DNA of 64,000 nt, from positions 20,522 through 84,521 of the forward strand of contig JBLIRG010000001.1 in assembly GCA_049472195.1 (NCBI GenBank), written 5' to 3'. Shown here piece by piece: positions 8,149 through 20,200 of this stretch. This DNA is from Thermoplasmatota archaeon. Lineage in GTDB: Archaea; Thermoplasmatota; Penumbrarchaeia; Penumbrarchaeales; Penumbrarchaeaceae. The position numbers and the translations under genes are program-made. Within the stretch, counting starts at the first letter, position 1. Each line of letters begins with the position of its first letter. The notes under the pieces were generated by a model. It made no database searches. It saw only the letters and a list, made by a program, of their open reading frames with translations, and was not told the DNA's origin.

Positions 8149-11100
8149 ATGAAAAGATCGAGGTTCCTGGCCATTTTTATGATAACCATGTTCGCGATTC
8201 CACTGATTCCCCTCATTTCGGAGGAGGCTTCTGCCGGGAAGACGATATTCTCAACCAGCATCAAATTCGCCTGGAACGATACACAGCAGGGATACAGCCA
8301 TCAGGTTCCCACGGATATCGAAGTGGCCCCCAGTGGAAGGATATATGCCGTTTTCCACTCGAGGATCTCGTATTACTATGATATAATGATCAGCCATTCC
8401 GATGATCTGGGCCGGACCTGGTCCCCTCAGGCCCGGGTCGACGACGTTTTGAGGGATTACAACGAATCCAACGATCAGTCCCACCAGAAGAATCCCTCAC
8501 TTCTCATAGCACCGAACGGAACCGTGTACGTCGCCTGGCAGGATGAAAGGGATGTATCCTATACTATCGGGCATCAGCAGGACATCAGGATCGCCTGGGC
8601 CCAGGACGGGGAGAACTTCTCCAGAAGCCAGGTTATCGACCAGCCGAAGGCCGTCAGGTCATGGTACTCCTCAGAACCCGAGATAGCCATGAACGATGAG
8701 GGCAGGATCCTCTGCGTATGGAGGGATCTCAATCTATCGGGCGTCTTCCATCATATTTGGAGCGCATACTCCGATGATTTTGGCATCACATGGTCTCTTC
8801 CGGTTCGTATCAATACCGATCCGATAGAACAGAGGGACCATAAATACGCCCGGATGTCGTTTCACGGCGACCATGCGTATGTCACATGGGAGGACAACAG
8901 GGAAGACGGTCAGTTGAGACCCTATCTGTCAATATCGGCCGACGGCGGTGAAACCTGGAGCCCTGAGGTACAGGTCACGGACGATCTCGAGCCTGCAAAC
9001 TCAAGGGGCATGGCCTGGAACGCCGTGGATGACCAGGGAAACCTCTACCTCGTCTGGTGGGACAAGAGAACCGGAAAGGACGAGATCTGGTTCTGCAAGA
9101 GCGGGGACTACGGCGCCAGCCTGACCAAGAACAAGAGGATCACCTTCGCACCGGACGAGAACGGGGATTTCTATCCCACCATCCATGCAACAGGAGACGG
9201 CATTCTTGCCGTCGCCTTCCAGAGGGAAACCCCGAAAGGGGATACCACCGATGGGGGGGATATCTACTACATTCAATCGGTCGACGGCGGAGATTCGTGG
9301 ACCGATCCGGTCAGGGTGGACGACTCCGACAGGTACTGGGAGGATATGACCCTTCAGACGAAACCGGTAGTGACCATGGATCATAAGAACCGGGCAATGG
9401 TGGTATGGGACGACCGTCGGGATTACAACGAATGGGGATCCGATGCCTACTTCGCCAGGTACAGCGGCGGCCCCACGGCTCCAAATATCCTCCCGGAGAT
9501 ATCGCTGATGCATTTCACCTCGATGTTCCCCGAATACAACAGCTCCATTTCATCGGCTTACACCAATGTATCCTACAGATGCCTCTACAGGGATGATAAC
9601 AACGATCTTCCCATGGACGGATATCCCAGGGTGTACCTCTATGCCGACGATGCCGGCACCATCCCTGTTGTTGAGGAACCCCAGCCAATGCATCTCATAA
9701 ACCAGGCTGATTATGACTTCATGGACACCGATACCATCTACGAGGCTTCATTCAACTGCTCTTACGAGGGAAGGACCTGGTGGAAGATCGAGGTCGTCGA
9801 TCAGAGGGGTTCGGATCCGGTCGTATCCGACATAATACCCGGGCCCCTGATGGATGATACACCTCCCAAGCTTACGGTCACCGAACCGCAGCCGCAGGAT
9901 TGGCTCAACTCCGATACCGTCATTTGCCGTGTTCTCGTGGAGGATACGGGCGGAGGCCAGGTTAACAACAGGACCATCAAGGTCAGGAAATCCGTAACAG
10001 GTCTCGAATCCATGGAGAAGGGTGTCAAGGTCAACGGATTCACCAAGATCGACGACAACACCTACGAAGCATGGGCGAGGGTGGAAATGGAGATGGGAAA
10101 GGACAATTACATCGTATTCGAGGCGATGGACAGGGTTGCCAACGGACCTGGCCTCTCGGAACCGCTAAATCTTTGGATCGATCCCGAAGGACCCTACTAC
10201 ACGAAGGTTAGACCTTCCGTATACGACAAACAGCTGTACGCGACGGTGAACTGCTCGATCGTATGGATGGACCACCTGCCCGGATCTACCAATATCGAAT
10301 CGAGCGGATTGAACATATCCTCGCTCAAGTACCGCTACCGGACCACAACCGGCCCGATGACCGAATGGAGGGACCCGGAGGGGATTATCCCACAGGAATC
10401 GGAAGGGGTGAAGCTCTGGACCAATATCGAATTCGAGGACAAGGGTGTTTACAATTACATCCAGTGGAAAGCCGAGGACATGATCGGACTGGAAACAATA
10501 TCTCCGGAGTTCCGGATCGAGGTCGAGATTCCCGAAAACTACCCTCCGAGATTCGTCGGGGGTGCATATCCGTTCAAGGTTAACTCGAGCAGACCCCATC
10601 TGTGGTGGGAGGATGCGTTCGACGAGGAAGGAGACCCGCTTTTCTACAGCATAATGATAATGGACTATCCCTCCCGGTTGTACAAATTCACCAGACCGCT
10701 GTCCGTGGATGAGAGGACCTTCTACGATGTCAAGATGAAGCTGGATCCAGGATATTACCTCCTCCAGGTAAACGTCACGGACAACATCGGCGGTTTCGGC
10801 ATCATGGAGCATATATTCCAGATCGTCGATGACGGCACCCCTCCCCCACAGGAGGTGGGTGATGTTGGACCCTATTTCAGGCATACCTCCAGATCGACCG
10901 TAAGCTGGCCACCCTCCCCATCCGAAAGTGAGATGGATGTCACCTACATGATAAGAATGGGATCCCACAGGTGGAGAGGCGATATCACGGAATGGATGGA
11001 TATCGGACCGGATCCGGAGCTGAATCTATCGCTCCTGAATCTCGGGATCGGTGCCTACTCCCTTCAGGTCATGGCGCATTCGAACGGCAATTACTCGCAG

Positions 11101-12006
11101 GTCAGGGAGGGATTGCTCAAGATATCCGATTACACTCTGATAGTTGATCACCCTGTGAAGCATACGGTTTACCGGGGCAGGGGTGCGACAAAGGGGAAGG
11201 CCCTGATAATCAACCTCACCAACATGGGCGAGTTCGAGGACAACGTCACCGTTTATCTCGAGGGGGAGCTTGCGGATCTGAAATGGGCTGAGTTCTCCAG
11301 GAATTACAGACAGGATGTGACCGTGAACCTGGAATCCAAAAAGAACCTGTCGTTCACAGATCCTACCTTCGTCAACGTTCTATTCTTCCCGCCTGAAGAT
11401 GCCGACAAGGGAACGTACGAACTGATCGTGCGCGTCGTTTCCGAGGATGACGAGATCGAATATGTAACCGAACCGATCGAGATCAAGATCACCGACGCGC
11501 CGTCGGATTCCAAGGGTATCGTCATCGCCGACAATCTGTACAAGTTCCTAACGGATACCATGCCGTTCCTGAAGCCAATTCCAAAGAACCTGCTCGTACC
11601 GCTCTTCCTGATCATCGTGGCCATAATCATCATCATCGTCGCATATTTCGGCATCACTTTCTACAGAAGAATGGTGAAGAGGAGGACAACCGAGGATCCC
11701 TACTCGGAACAGAAGAGGGTTTACAAGGAATTGTACGGGGTCGAGCCCACCAAGGATCAATTGGAGCAGATGATCGCCCAGAGCGACATCCTGAACGAGG
11801 ACCGGGACGTCAATGTGGGATTGATGCCGGATAAACCGGATACTTCCGAATTCTCTGAAACATATCTCGAATCCGAAAAGACCGCTCCATCGGAGGAGGA
11901 GGATGTTGAGGAGCAGGAACCCCCGGAGGAGGAAGAAGAGGAGGAAACGGATCCGGAAGATGATGAGGGCGAGGAAGAGGATTTCATAACTCCCGATTCC
12001 GTTTGA
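8149..12006 (+). CDS. Large membrane-anchored surface protein: N-terminal BNR/Asp-box (sialidase-like) beta-propeller, Ig/Fn3-like stalk, C-terminal TM helix and acidic tail
   Basis: Signal peptide; Asp-boxes SDDLGRTWS, SDDFGITWS, SADGGETWS, SGDYGAS, SVDGGDSWT; hydrophobic LLVPLFLIIVAIIIIIVAYFGITF followed by YRR; E/D-rich end. GGAGG RBS before ATG 8149. Confidence 0.85.
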   Translation: MKRSRFLAIFMITMFAIPLIPLISEEASAGKTIFSTSIKFAWNDTQQGYSHQVPTDIEVAPSGRIYAVFHSRISYYYDIMISHSDDLGRTWSPQARVDDVLRDYNESNDQSHQKNPSLLIAPNGTVYVAWQDERDVSYTIGHQQDIRIAWAQDGENFSRSQVIDQPKAVRSWYSSEPEIAMNDEGRILCVWRDLNLSGVFHHIWSAYSDDFGITWSLPVRINTDPIEQRDHKYARMSFHGDHAYVTWEDNREDGQLRPYLSISADGGETWSPEVQVTDDLEPANSRGMAWNAVDDQGNLYLVWWDKRTGKDEIWFCKSGDYGASLTKNKRITFAPDENGDFYPTIHATGDGILAVAFQRETPKGDTTDGGDIYYIQSVDGGDSWTDPVRVDDSDRYWEDMTLQTKPVVTMDHKNRAMVVWDDRRDYNEWGSDAYFARYSGGPTAPNILPEISLMHFTSMFPEYNSSISSAYTNVSYRCLYRDDNNDLPMDGYPRVYLYADDAGTIPVVEEPQPMHLINQADYDFMDTDTIYEASFNCSYEGRTWWKIEVVDQRGSDPVVSDIIPGPLMDDTPPKLTVTEPQPQDWLNSDTVICRVLVEDTGGGQVNNRTIKVRKSVTGLESMEKGVKVNGFTKIDDNTYEAWARVEMEMGKDNYIVFEAMDRVANGPGLSEPLNLWIDPEGPYYTKVRPSVYDKQLYATVNCSIVWMDHLPGSTNIESSGLNISSLKYRYRTTTGPMTEWRDPEGIIPQESEGVKLWTNIEFEDKGVYNYIQWKAEDMIGLETISPEFRIEVEIPENYPPRFVGGAYPFKVNSSRPHLWWEDAFDEEGDPLFYSIMIMDYPSRLYKFTRPLSVDERTFYDVKMKLDPGYYLLQVNVTDNIGGFGIMEHIFQIVDDGTPPPQEVGDVGPYFRHTSRSTVSWPPSPSESEMDVTYMIRMGSHRWRGDITEWMDIGPDPELNLSLLNLGIGAYSLQVMAHSNGNYSQVREGLLKISDYTLIVDHPVKHTVYRGRGATKGKALIINLTNMGEFEDNVTVYLEGELADLKWAEFSRNYRQDVTVNLESKKNLSFTDPTFVNVLFFPPEDADKGTYELIVRVVSEDDEIEYVTEPIEIKITDAPSDSKGIVIADNLYKFLTDTMPFLKPIPKNLLVPLFLIIVAIIIIIVAYFGITFYRRMVKRRTTEDPYSEQKRVYKELYGVEPTKDQLEQMIAQSDILNEDRDVNVGLMPDKPDTSEFSETYLESEKTAPSEEEDVEEQEPPEEEEEEETDPEDDEGEEEDFITPDSV

Positions 12007-12233
12007 ACTCCTATCCGGCATAGGCAGTGACCGATCGAGAAAATGCTCGAGAATCACTCCGGTGTTAACTATCCCATTGATCCAACGTTTTCCGTGAAAG
12101 AAATCCACATGTGTTCTGATGTAAATCAGCAACAAACATGCAATGCCATTCAAAATAAAAAATATTTATACGGATACTTTTTTAATGTTTGGTATAATAA
12201 AAACATGTTTCAAGATTCAGGCTTGGTTGTTCT

Positions 12234-14183
12234 ATGTCCCCCCGAAGGAAGAGAAAGGGAAAAAAGAATGATGAATCTCTCATTCCCCTCGACAGGTTCA
12301 TTACCCCGCCATCCGGACAGGACGGTGATTCAGGCGGCGCCATAACGATCGAGAGGCCTTCCTCCGAGGAGATTCCCGGGATAGAAAAAACCAGGAAAAG
12401 CGGAGAGAAGATATTCGATGCCCAGAATATCGATCATGGGGAAACATCCGCATTCCTCAACCCGCTGAAGAAATATATAGAAAAGACGATGATGCTCGGA
12501 ATATACTTTCACAACGATATGGATGGTTTGAACAGTGCGATATTGATCAATGAGATGGTCAGAAACTGGTTTGGTGACGAAGTTCAGATCCACGTCTCCC
12601 CCATCGAGTACGAGGACATCGAGAAGCTGACCATCAACGATGGCATGGCTTATGTCTTCTGCGACATGGACATAAACCTGGATCAGGACAACATATTCAG
12701 GATCGATCACCACGACAAGGAAAGGGATAGAAAACTCGTCAACGAGCGTACATTTCTACTGTCCCCCTCCAGGAACGACTACGAATATCCTTCATCGGCA
12801 ACGATCCTGAGCGCCTATCTCAACTACGTGTCCAAGGGCGGAGAACTGACATTTCACGAATTTATGGAGAAAGGGCCGTGGCATGACGATAACCTTACCA
12901 GGCTTCTTATCCTCCTTGCGTCCATATGCGACAACCTCTGGCATCTGAACTTCATAATAAACATCCCGATCAAGCGCTGGATACCGGACATTGACGAGGA
13001 GCGGAACCTCATACTGATATCGATCTCCGCTTCCCTCATCCTCGGGAACAAGAATCGAATGGAACCGATAATGAATTATTTCTCCCTGTCTAGCCTGGAT
13101 CCCGAGAGCTACCTGACCCCGCTCTGCGGAATGACGCTCCAGGCGCGAAACGTATTCGATTTTGCCGTTCAGGTTGCCAAGGAAGCCGAGAAGTTCCACA
13201 ACAAGATCTTCTTCAACCTCACCGATTCGCTGGAAAAAACATTGAAATCCCTTGATCGGGACATGGAGATGCTGAAGAAGTACGATGAATCCATGCCCAT
13301 GGACATGCGCGGGAACAGGGAAAAGATGATGGAACTCCTCAACACCAGGGGCAACCTCAATGAAGATCACTGGAAACGGATTCAGTTCTACGGAAAGGAA
13401 ATGGTGAAGCTCGAAGCAAAGATAAAGGTCGAGGAGAAGAAGATCCTGAAGCTCAGAACGGCAAGAAGCATAATCTCAAAGACTGCCGGTCCGAGGATCT
13501 GTCTGTTCATACCGAGACAGGTATCCAAACAGATCAAGGGAATACTTGCCTCCCTTCTGTATTATATGGGATGGAAGAACGTCGTTATCGAGGATCGGGG
13601 AAATGTGGCTTCGTGGGGTGCGAGGGGATTCACCCGGGCAGAGGTCACGGAACATTTTTCCACGCTTTCCCTAGGTTACGAGGAGCTCAAGGATTACCTG
13701 CACATGGAGAAGGTTTACAAGGACCTGCCGGCGGTATTCAAACGGACACTGAACATATCCAGGAACATGGGATATGACAAGACCTACAGCGGAGGTATAG
13801 GCGGTAGGGGTCTGATCTACGGCGGCACCCTGACCGGAAAGGTCCCAAGGGTGTTTTCCCTGCTCGAGGAAGCAGGCGATGTTGAGCAGAAGATCCGGGA
13901 GCTCATCAGACATAAGGAACTCGGATCCGCCCTCCAGGGACTGACGGAGGGAAAATCAATGGTTCCGACTTCTCAGGCGCTTAAATCCAAATTCAAGAAT
14001 ACCGGATGGGTTGTGGTTCAGCTTGTCGGAGGAAAGGAGGAACCCGATGTCCAGTTCGGCAACTTCAACATGGGACTGATGTACATGGTGGGCTACACTG
14101 AAAGATTCGCCATCAAGCTGAACCCGATCCCCGAGAAGCTCCCCCCCATGGAGCATCAGCGCTTCGACGGAGTTCTGGATTGA
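12234..14183 (+). CDS. DHH-family phosphoesterase-like protein with long helical/coiled-coil insertion
   Basis: DHH-family motifs YFHNDMDG (DxD), VFCDMD, RIDHHD and ASICD; K/E-rich helical middle; Gly-rich SGGIGGRGLIYGG near the C-terminus. Confidence 0.7.
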   Translation: MSPRRKRKGKKNDESLIPLDRFITPPSGQDGDSGGAITIERPSSEEIPGIEKTRKSGEKIFDAQNIDHGETSAFLNPLKKYIEKTMMLGIYFHNDMDGLNSAILINEMVRNWFGDEVQIHVSPIEYEDIEKLTINDGMAYVFCDMDINLDQDNIFRIDHHDKERDRKLVNERTFLLSPSRNDYEYPSSATILSAYLNYVSKGGELTFHEFMEKGPWHDDNLTRLLILLASICDNLWHLNFIINIPIKRWIPDIDEERNLILISISASLILGNKNRMEPIMNYFSLSSLDPESYLTPLCGMTLQARNVFDFAVQVAKEAEKFHNKIFFNLTDSLEKTLKSLDRDMEMLKKYDESMPMDMRGNREKMMELLNTRGNLNEDHWKRIQFYGKEMVKLEAKIKVEEKKILKLRTARSIISKTAGPRICLFIPRQVSKQIKGILASLLYYMGWKNVVIEDRGNVASWGARGFTRAEVTEHFSTLSLGYEELKDYLHMEKVYKDLPAVFKRTLNISRNMGYDKTYSGGIGGRGLIYGGTLTGKVPRVFSLLEEAGDVEQKIRELIRHKELGSALQGLTEGKSMVPTSQALKSKFKNTGWVVVQLVGGKEEPDVQFGNFNMGLMYMVGYTERFAIKLNPIPEKLPPMEHQRFDGVLD

Positions 14184-14230
14184 TATGATTTCAACATTGT
14201 TGCCGGAGACACCATTTATCAAACTGTAAT

Positions 14231-14270
14231 AAAAAAAAAATATCCCGGATCCGGAAAAAGATCCGGGATG
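14231..14270 (-). terminator. Hairpin plus U10 terminator of aglB
   Basis: Perfect 10-bp stem ATCCCGGATC/GATCCGGGAT; A10 on the plus strand reads T10 after the hairpin on the minus strand. Confidence 0.75.
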
Positions 14271-14289
14271 CATCGATATATTTTCACTA

Positions 14290-17200
14290 TCAGATCGGTT
14301 CGGTTCTCTGCTTGTACGCGATGATCCCTACCGTGATCAGGATGATGGTGACCACGAATATCACGATGCGCCAGTTGATCTCCCTCTCATTCTCGTACTC
14401 GCCGATAACCACGTTATCCCAGTAACCGTAGTTGTCGTTCTCGTTGGATTCCTTTATGTTGTTGAAGGGATCCACGATCACCTCGAACGTATGGAAATCA
14501 TCCTCGGTCAGGTTGAACTCGGTGATATTGAATATCAACCTGGTTGATCCGTATCCGTCCTGCGGTATGCTGGGTATGATCCCGTCGGCAACCCTTTTCC
14601 CGTCAACGAGAAGGGTTACGTTCACCAGGGACGCGGCTCTGTTCTGCGAACCGACGGTGATGTTTGCCTCGACGGTCCTGTTGAGTATAGGATCCGTGAG
14701 CTTCCTGTTGGTCAGCTTGAGATATCCCTGCGGTAGAATGAGGTTTGGCTCAGCCAACCTCAGGGTAATCCCGGCCGTCTCCGAATCACCGATGCGGTTG
14801 GTTCCGCTGAAGGTCAGCCTAAGGGAATCACCCACAAATGACTGGGTCTCCGTCGGAGAATGCACCGTCACCGCATACCTTCTCTGTCCCCTCGGAGTCA
14901 GGGATGCGTTCTCTCCGTATTCCGGAAATTCCTCCGAACCTTCCCACTCGATCCTCCATCTATCGGTGGTCCCGGGAAGGGGATCCATCATCACATTGAC
15001 GACGTCCTCCCCGTTTCCGATATTCTGGACGGTAAGGTTGAACGTATAGGATTCATCGAAATCCATCCCGATGAGATCATCCGCATCGAAATTCAACTCG
15101 AAACCGTAGCTTGGAGGGGTTACTATGCTTATCTGGAAGTTGGCAGTTGTCTCCTCCGTGGTTTTGGCCTCGAATTTCACAACGTTATCCCAATCGGGAT
15201 CGGAGGGCGCGGTGATGTTCACGAACAGGTTATCTATCCTCTCCCCGATGCCCACTTCGATTTCGGATCCTCCCGGAATATCCACGGTCCATCCGTCGGG
15301 TTTCTCCGAAACTTCATTTGTCACCACAATGGGCTCGTTTCCGGCGTTCTGGATATAATAAGGTATCCTTACCGTCTGTCCCGGAACCATCTGCAGCTCG
15401 TGCTCATGTTCCCGCATCAGTTCCATGGTGAAGGTATAGGTCTTGCTCTTCTCGAATTCCAGGGAGAGATCGGCGGGGACCGTGTCCTCGTCTATGGTCA
15501 GAGCCCGTCTGTAATCGTACGTCATCTCGATGTTGTATTCCCTGCGGGCTATGGAAGACGACACAGTATAGGTATAATGGGGCAGGTTTACGGTGAAGGT
15601 ACCGCCCCTGATCTCGGTTTCGATGCTGGCCCCGTCATCTATCTGGAACGTCAGGGTTTCATCGCTGTTGATGTCACCGTGGAATATTCCGTCCGTATCC
15701 GTCAGGTATGCGGTTCCCGAATATCTTCCGGCTCCAACTGCTTCCCATTCGAGCCCGGTCATGTTGTCGCCCAGGTCGATGTTTATCTCGCCGAGGTAAC
15801 CGTATACCGGTTTCAACGCCGTGTATTTGAATCCCGAAACATCGTAGACTCCAGGCGGAAGTCCTATAGAGAATGCACCGCCGTCTCCCGTGACCACCGT
15901 GTCAACATGATCCTCGCTTGAGAATGTCAGTTCCAGGCCCTTTACGGTCCTGTCACCGTCATCGTATTCGTCGTTGTCGTTCTCATCCATGAACATCGTC
16001 CCGGAAACCTCGATCTCCAGCGGATCAAGGGATATGTCCCAGAGTATCTCATTGGTTACCGGAAGGTTCAGGAATCCGTAACCCTCCTTGGGCTCCATCT
16101 TGAACTGTTCGGTTTCCACGGTTATCGTGAGCGGGGCAAAGGGAACCATTGCCTCGTAATCCCCCCCGTAATCGGAAGATACGGTGACCGGGTCAAGGTT
16201 CTCGTCCTCCGGGGTGAAGGTTATCAATACCAGTGCCTGTTTTTCCGTGGGCTCAATTGTCCTATCGCCATTGGCATCATAGTAGACCGCTCCGCTGACG
16301 AGAACCTCCTTGTTCAGTTCGAGCTCGAGGCCGAATACCGGGCCTTCCACGACAACCGAGGAGTTGTGATAATAGATCACCGGGACATCCTCTCCCATGA
16401 TGCTCTCGGCCGTCTCGAAGAACATGACGATCCTGTACTCGCCTTCGAACATGAATATCTGGAAATCCCCGCTGGAATCGGGGACCGTACTTGTCCATAC
16501 ATCCTCGGAAGAGAACTGAAGGCGGGCGTTCTTGATCCCGTTGAACGGATTCGTGAAGGTTCCATCGACCAGAAATGCAGGTTTCAACATATACCGTTCG
16601 ATCCCGCTTTCCGGACCTATGGTGATCGTATCCAGATACAGGTAGTTCTGGCCCGCCCTCTCATGGTGGCTCTCCAAAATGTAGTATCCCGCGGGAAGCT
16701 CTACCTGGAATCTTCCGTTCTCATCAGTCAATGTCGATTCGAGGGTCTCCCCGACGCCGTATACCGGATTGAATAACACCGAGGCATCATCGGGATACCT
16801 CAGAAGCGAGTCCTGCGTGAATGCCATCGTCCCTTCAAACACCACCGTATGGTTCATCACGGTATCCTTCAGAAGAAGCTTGTCGGAAGGATCAAGGAAC
16901 AGAAGATCGTTGCCGTAGAGTTTGTGCTCAAGGCCGTTGTCCTCGTATCTCTCATCCACGACCACGGTATATTCCACTGGGATGAGGGAAGCCCTTATCT
17001 TACCCTCCGAATCTGTGGTGAAGGTGAGCTCATTACCTTCCATGTAGCTTTCCGCGGGAATGAAAAGCACATCGGTGTTGGCAAGAGGCACCATGGTCCT
17101 GGTCTCGGTTCCGATCATCTGATAGGAGATGTTGAGCTCGAAATCCCTCTCGTGGGGAACCAGTGGAGCGTCAGTCCCGTTGATCCCGAAATTCCTGTTT

Positions 17201-20200
17201 GCCACAGAATCCTCGATGATTATCTCCTTTTTGTAGAGATCGAATCCAGGTTCATCGATCTCCATTGAATACTTGCCTGGAAGGAGCAGTGCCTCGTACA
17301 TACCTTCCTCTATCGTCTTGAAAGCAAGGGTCCCGTTCTGGTGATGGAATGCAACCGTGATATTTGCCAGCGCGAATTCGGCTGCGAGGTCCTTTGGGTC
17401 CCCCATTTCCTGAAGGTCCCGGCTCGAGGTGAAGATCTCGTTTCCATCCTTGTCCCAGTAAACTTTCCCCCTCACCACTATTGTCGAATCCGCCCATATG
17501 TCCAGCTGAACCGATCCGGTCTTGTCCTTGTATTCCAATTCCTGGATGTGGAAATAGGAAACATTTCCGATCTCGGTCTTGTTATCCACGATAACCCTGT
17601 AATTGCTTCCCCTGGGGAGATATATCTCGTATTCGCCGTTGTTGTTCGTGTACGCGTGGGCAGTGATTTCCGAGTTCGACATCTGGAATGAGAGCTCTGT
17701 ATCCACCATGGGCGTGTCGCTCAGTTTGGTCAGGGTTCCGTTCACCCGTAATGCGCTTTTAAGGTCTACCGTTATATCACTGACACTGAGCCAGGACATG
17801 TCCAGAATTGCCAGTGCCGTATATGTCTGATCCCGCTCCTTCGATACAACATGCAGGTCGTAGAGACTCGCGGGAAGGTTCTGCAGTAGTTTACCGTCAT
17901 CGTCCAGAGTGAAGGTCCACACCCTCGATGCGTTCAATTTGTCATTTATTCTAACCAAGGCTCCGGACGCCGGACCGCCGTTGTTCCCCCGGGATGTCAC
18001 TTCCATATCAAGCGTGGCAACCGGATACAGTGTGATATTAACGGTTTCGTAGAGGCCGTTTGAGATGGCAGTGCTGACCGGGAAGTGATAAGAGTCATAC
18101 TGCTCGACGATCACATCGTACACCCCCGGATATATCTGGGAGAATGAATAGTTGCCCGCGGGATCGGTCAAGGTCCTTTCGACATTTCCCTCGGAAGATA
18201 TCAGCAGAACCGATGAATCTCTCACGGGTATTCCGTCGTTGTACAGGATCTGCCCGTTGATTCCCGAATCCAGCATCTTCAAGTCCCTTGCAGTATCGGT
18301 GCTGGGATCTATATTGAGATTCGAGATGAGCTCCTCCTCCACATTCTCATGTGTGTAAATCACGGTGTACTTCCCCGGGACAAGGTCGGATATCCTGTAT
18401 TTTCCGTCCTCGTCGATATCCGTCGGGCCGTATACGACGTCCTCGTAATCGTTCATCACGAAGGTGATCTCTCCCTGTTTGATGGGTTCATCCTCTGACG
18501 TGAAGGACCCGTCCTCGTTCAGATCCCAGTATACGGTGCCGGAGATGGTCTTGCCGCCGATAATGAAATCCTGTTCGATCTTTCCGTCGTCGATCCGCCA
18601 CATGGCCAGATCGTCCGATATCTCAAGCTGCGTCGAGTTCAGATTGACCACGGGCTGGCTGGTCGACTGATCGATCTGGAACTGGTACAGGTAATCGTAT
18701 TCGTTGCTCAGCTCTCCTCCGGTGACCAGAATCGATGTCCTTCCCGGGGGAGCAATGACCTCGTATCTACCGTTTATGTCCGTTAGGACGTTCCCGTGGG
18801 CGATCCCGTACTCGTCCAGGACCGTTACCCGGACGCCTGGCGCTCCCTGTCCCCTGTTGGTCATCACACGGCCGCTGACCTTGGCCCCGTGGTAGTATTT
18901 CAGGTAGAACACGCCCTGTCCCAATCCTGACTTCACATCTCCGCCCTGATCGTAATAGAGATCGAGGGCCTTCTTCGATGACAGCGGGGTGTAATCGTCG
19001 GGGAAGGTCGAATTCGCCTCGTCCTTCTCCGAGTAATACATGGTTCTGTATGCAAGCATCCAGTGGGTCATGTTCCAACCCTGCATCGGGGGCAGATTTG
19101 CCGAAGTCCCCATCATGCCGGGTATGGACTTCCCGTCGCTTACCTGTCCCACGTCTTCCGGCGAGTAACCGATATATGTCTTGTAGAACATCGAGTTATA
19201 GAAGGCATCCGTGTAGTACATATCGTACTCCCTGATCCTGAACTTGTAACCGAGTCTCTCGGCCTCCTGTTCCGCCTTCTCCATCGATATCGGATTGTCG
19301 GGATAATCGGTCCATACCGGATTGTCGTTTGATCCCTGGGTGTTCTCCTGGGCATATACACGGTACTCGAGATAATCGTCGATATCCCTGTCCGCAAGCT
19401 TGATGGGAGCATAGAATATCCCTGTGTTGGAGGAGCTGAAAGGAAACAGCCTGTAATCGACAGCGAAGTAACGCAGGGATTTTTCGGTATGAAGTGTCAC
19501 ATCATTGTAAAGTTCGACCACCCCTTCCTTCCCGAGTTTCATTATCACGCCCTTTGCTGCCGCATAGAGGATGTTCGGCGTGGTCAATTCCAGGTAATTG
19601 CCGTAGTATCCCGGATTGCCCTCAACCTTGGTCTTGTACTTCGCGGGATTTCTGTATATCCTGTAGAGTTCCATAGCGCTGAGGGAGGAATTATCGTCAT
19701 CCCCGAGATGCTCTCTTAGGATATCCCACATACCGTCGGAGAAATCCCGTTTATTTTCGATAAAGTCCCCTTCGATGATCCTTGCGGTCATCAATGATAT
19801 GACTTCGGTTTCGTTCTGGGCGGCAATGACCGAACCGGTAAATTGGTATCCGTTCTGGAAGTTATCCGCTGCGGTGGGGTGTTTTCCCAGAAGAAGTTCG
19901 TCGAATCCGTAATCCCACCAGCTCATGAAACCGGGCCTTTCCTCCGGCTCCACGTATTCACCGTCGATCATCGTGTCCTGCTGGGACAGCCATATGTACG
20001 AATCCATCCAGTATTCGCTGTGAAGGGACGACCCGAATGACCCGAATATCTCAAGGTCCGGATCGATATCCGATTTTGACTCGTAGGGGATGGAAGCGTC
20101 AACCGCGAAGAGCACGTTGGGGAATATCACTATGAAACCCACGGATAAGGCCGTCAGTATCGTTCTGAACTTGAAGTTCTCCCTGTGCTTGCGGTATTTC

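Noticed and set aside
12043..12345. 100-aa ORF spanning the gap before the DHH gene
   Set aside because: Crosses an AT-rich promoter-like region and overlaps the DHH gene out of frame; no coding signal.
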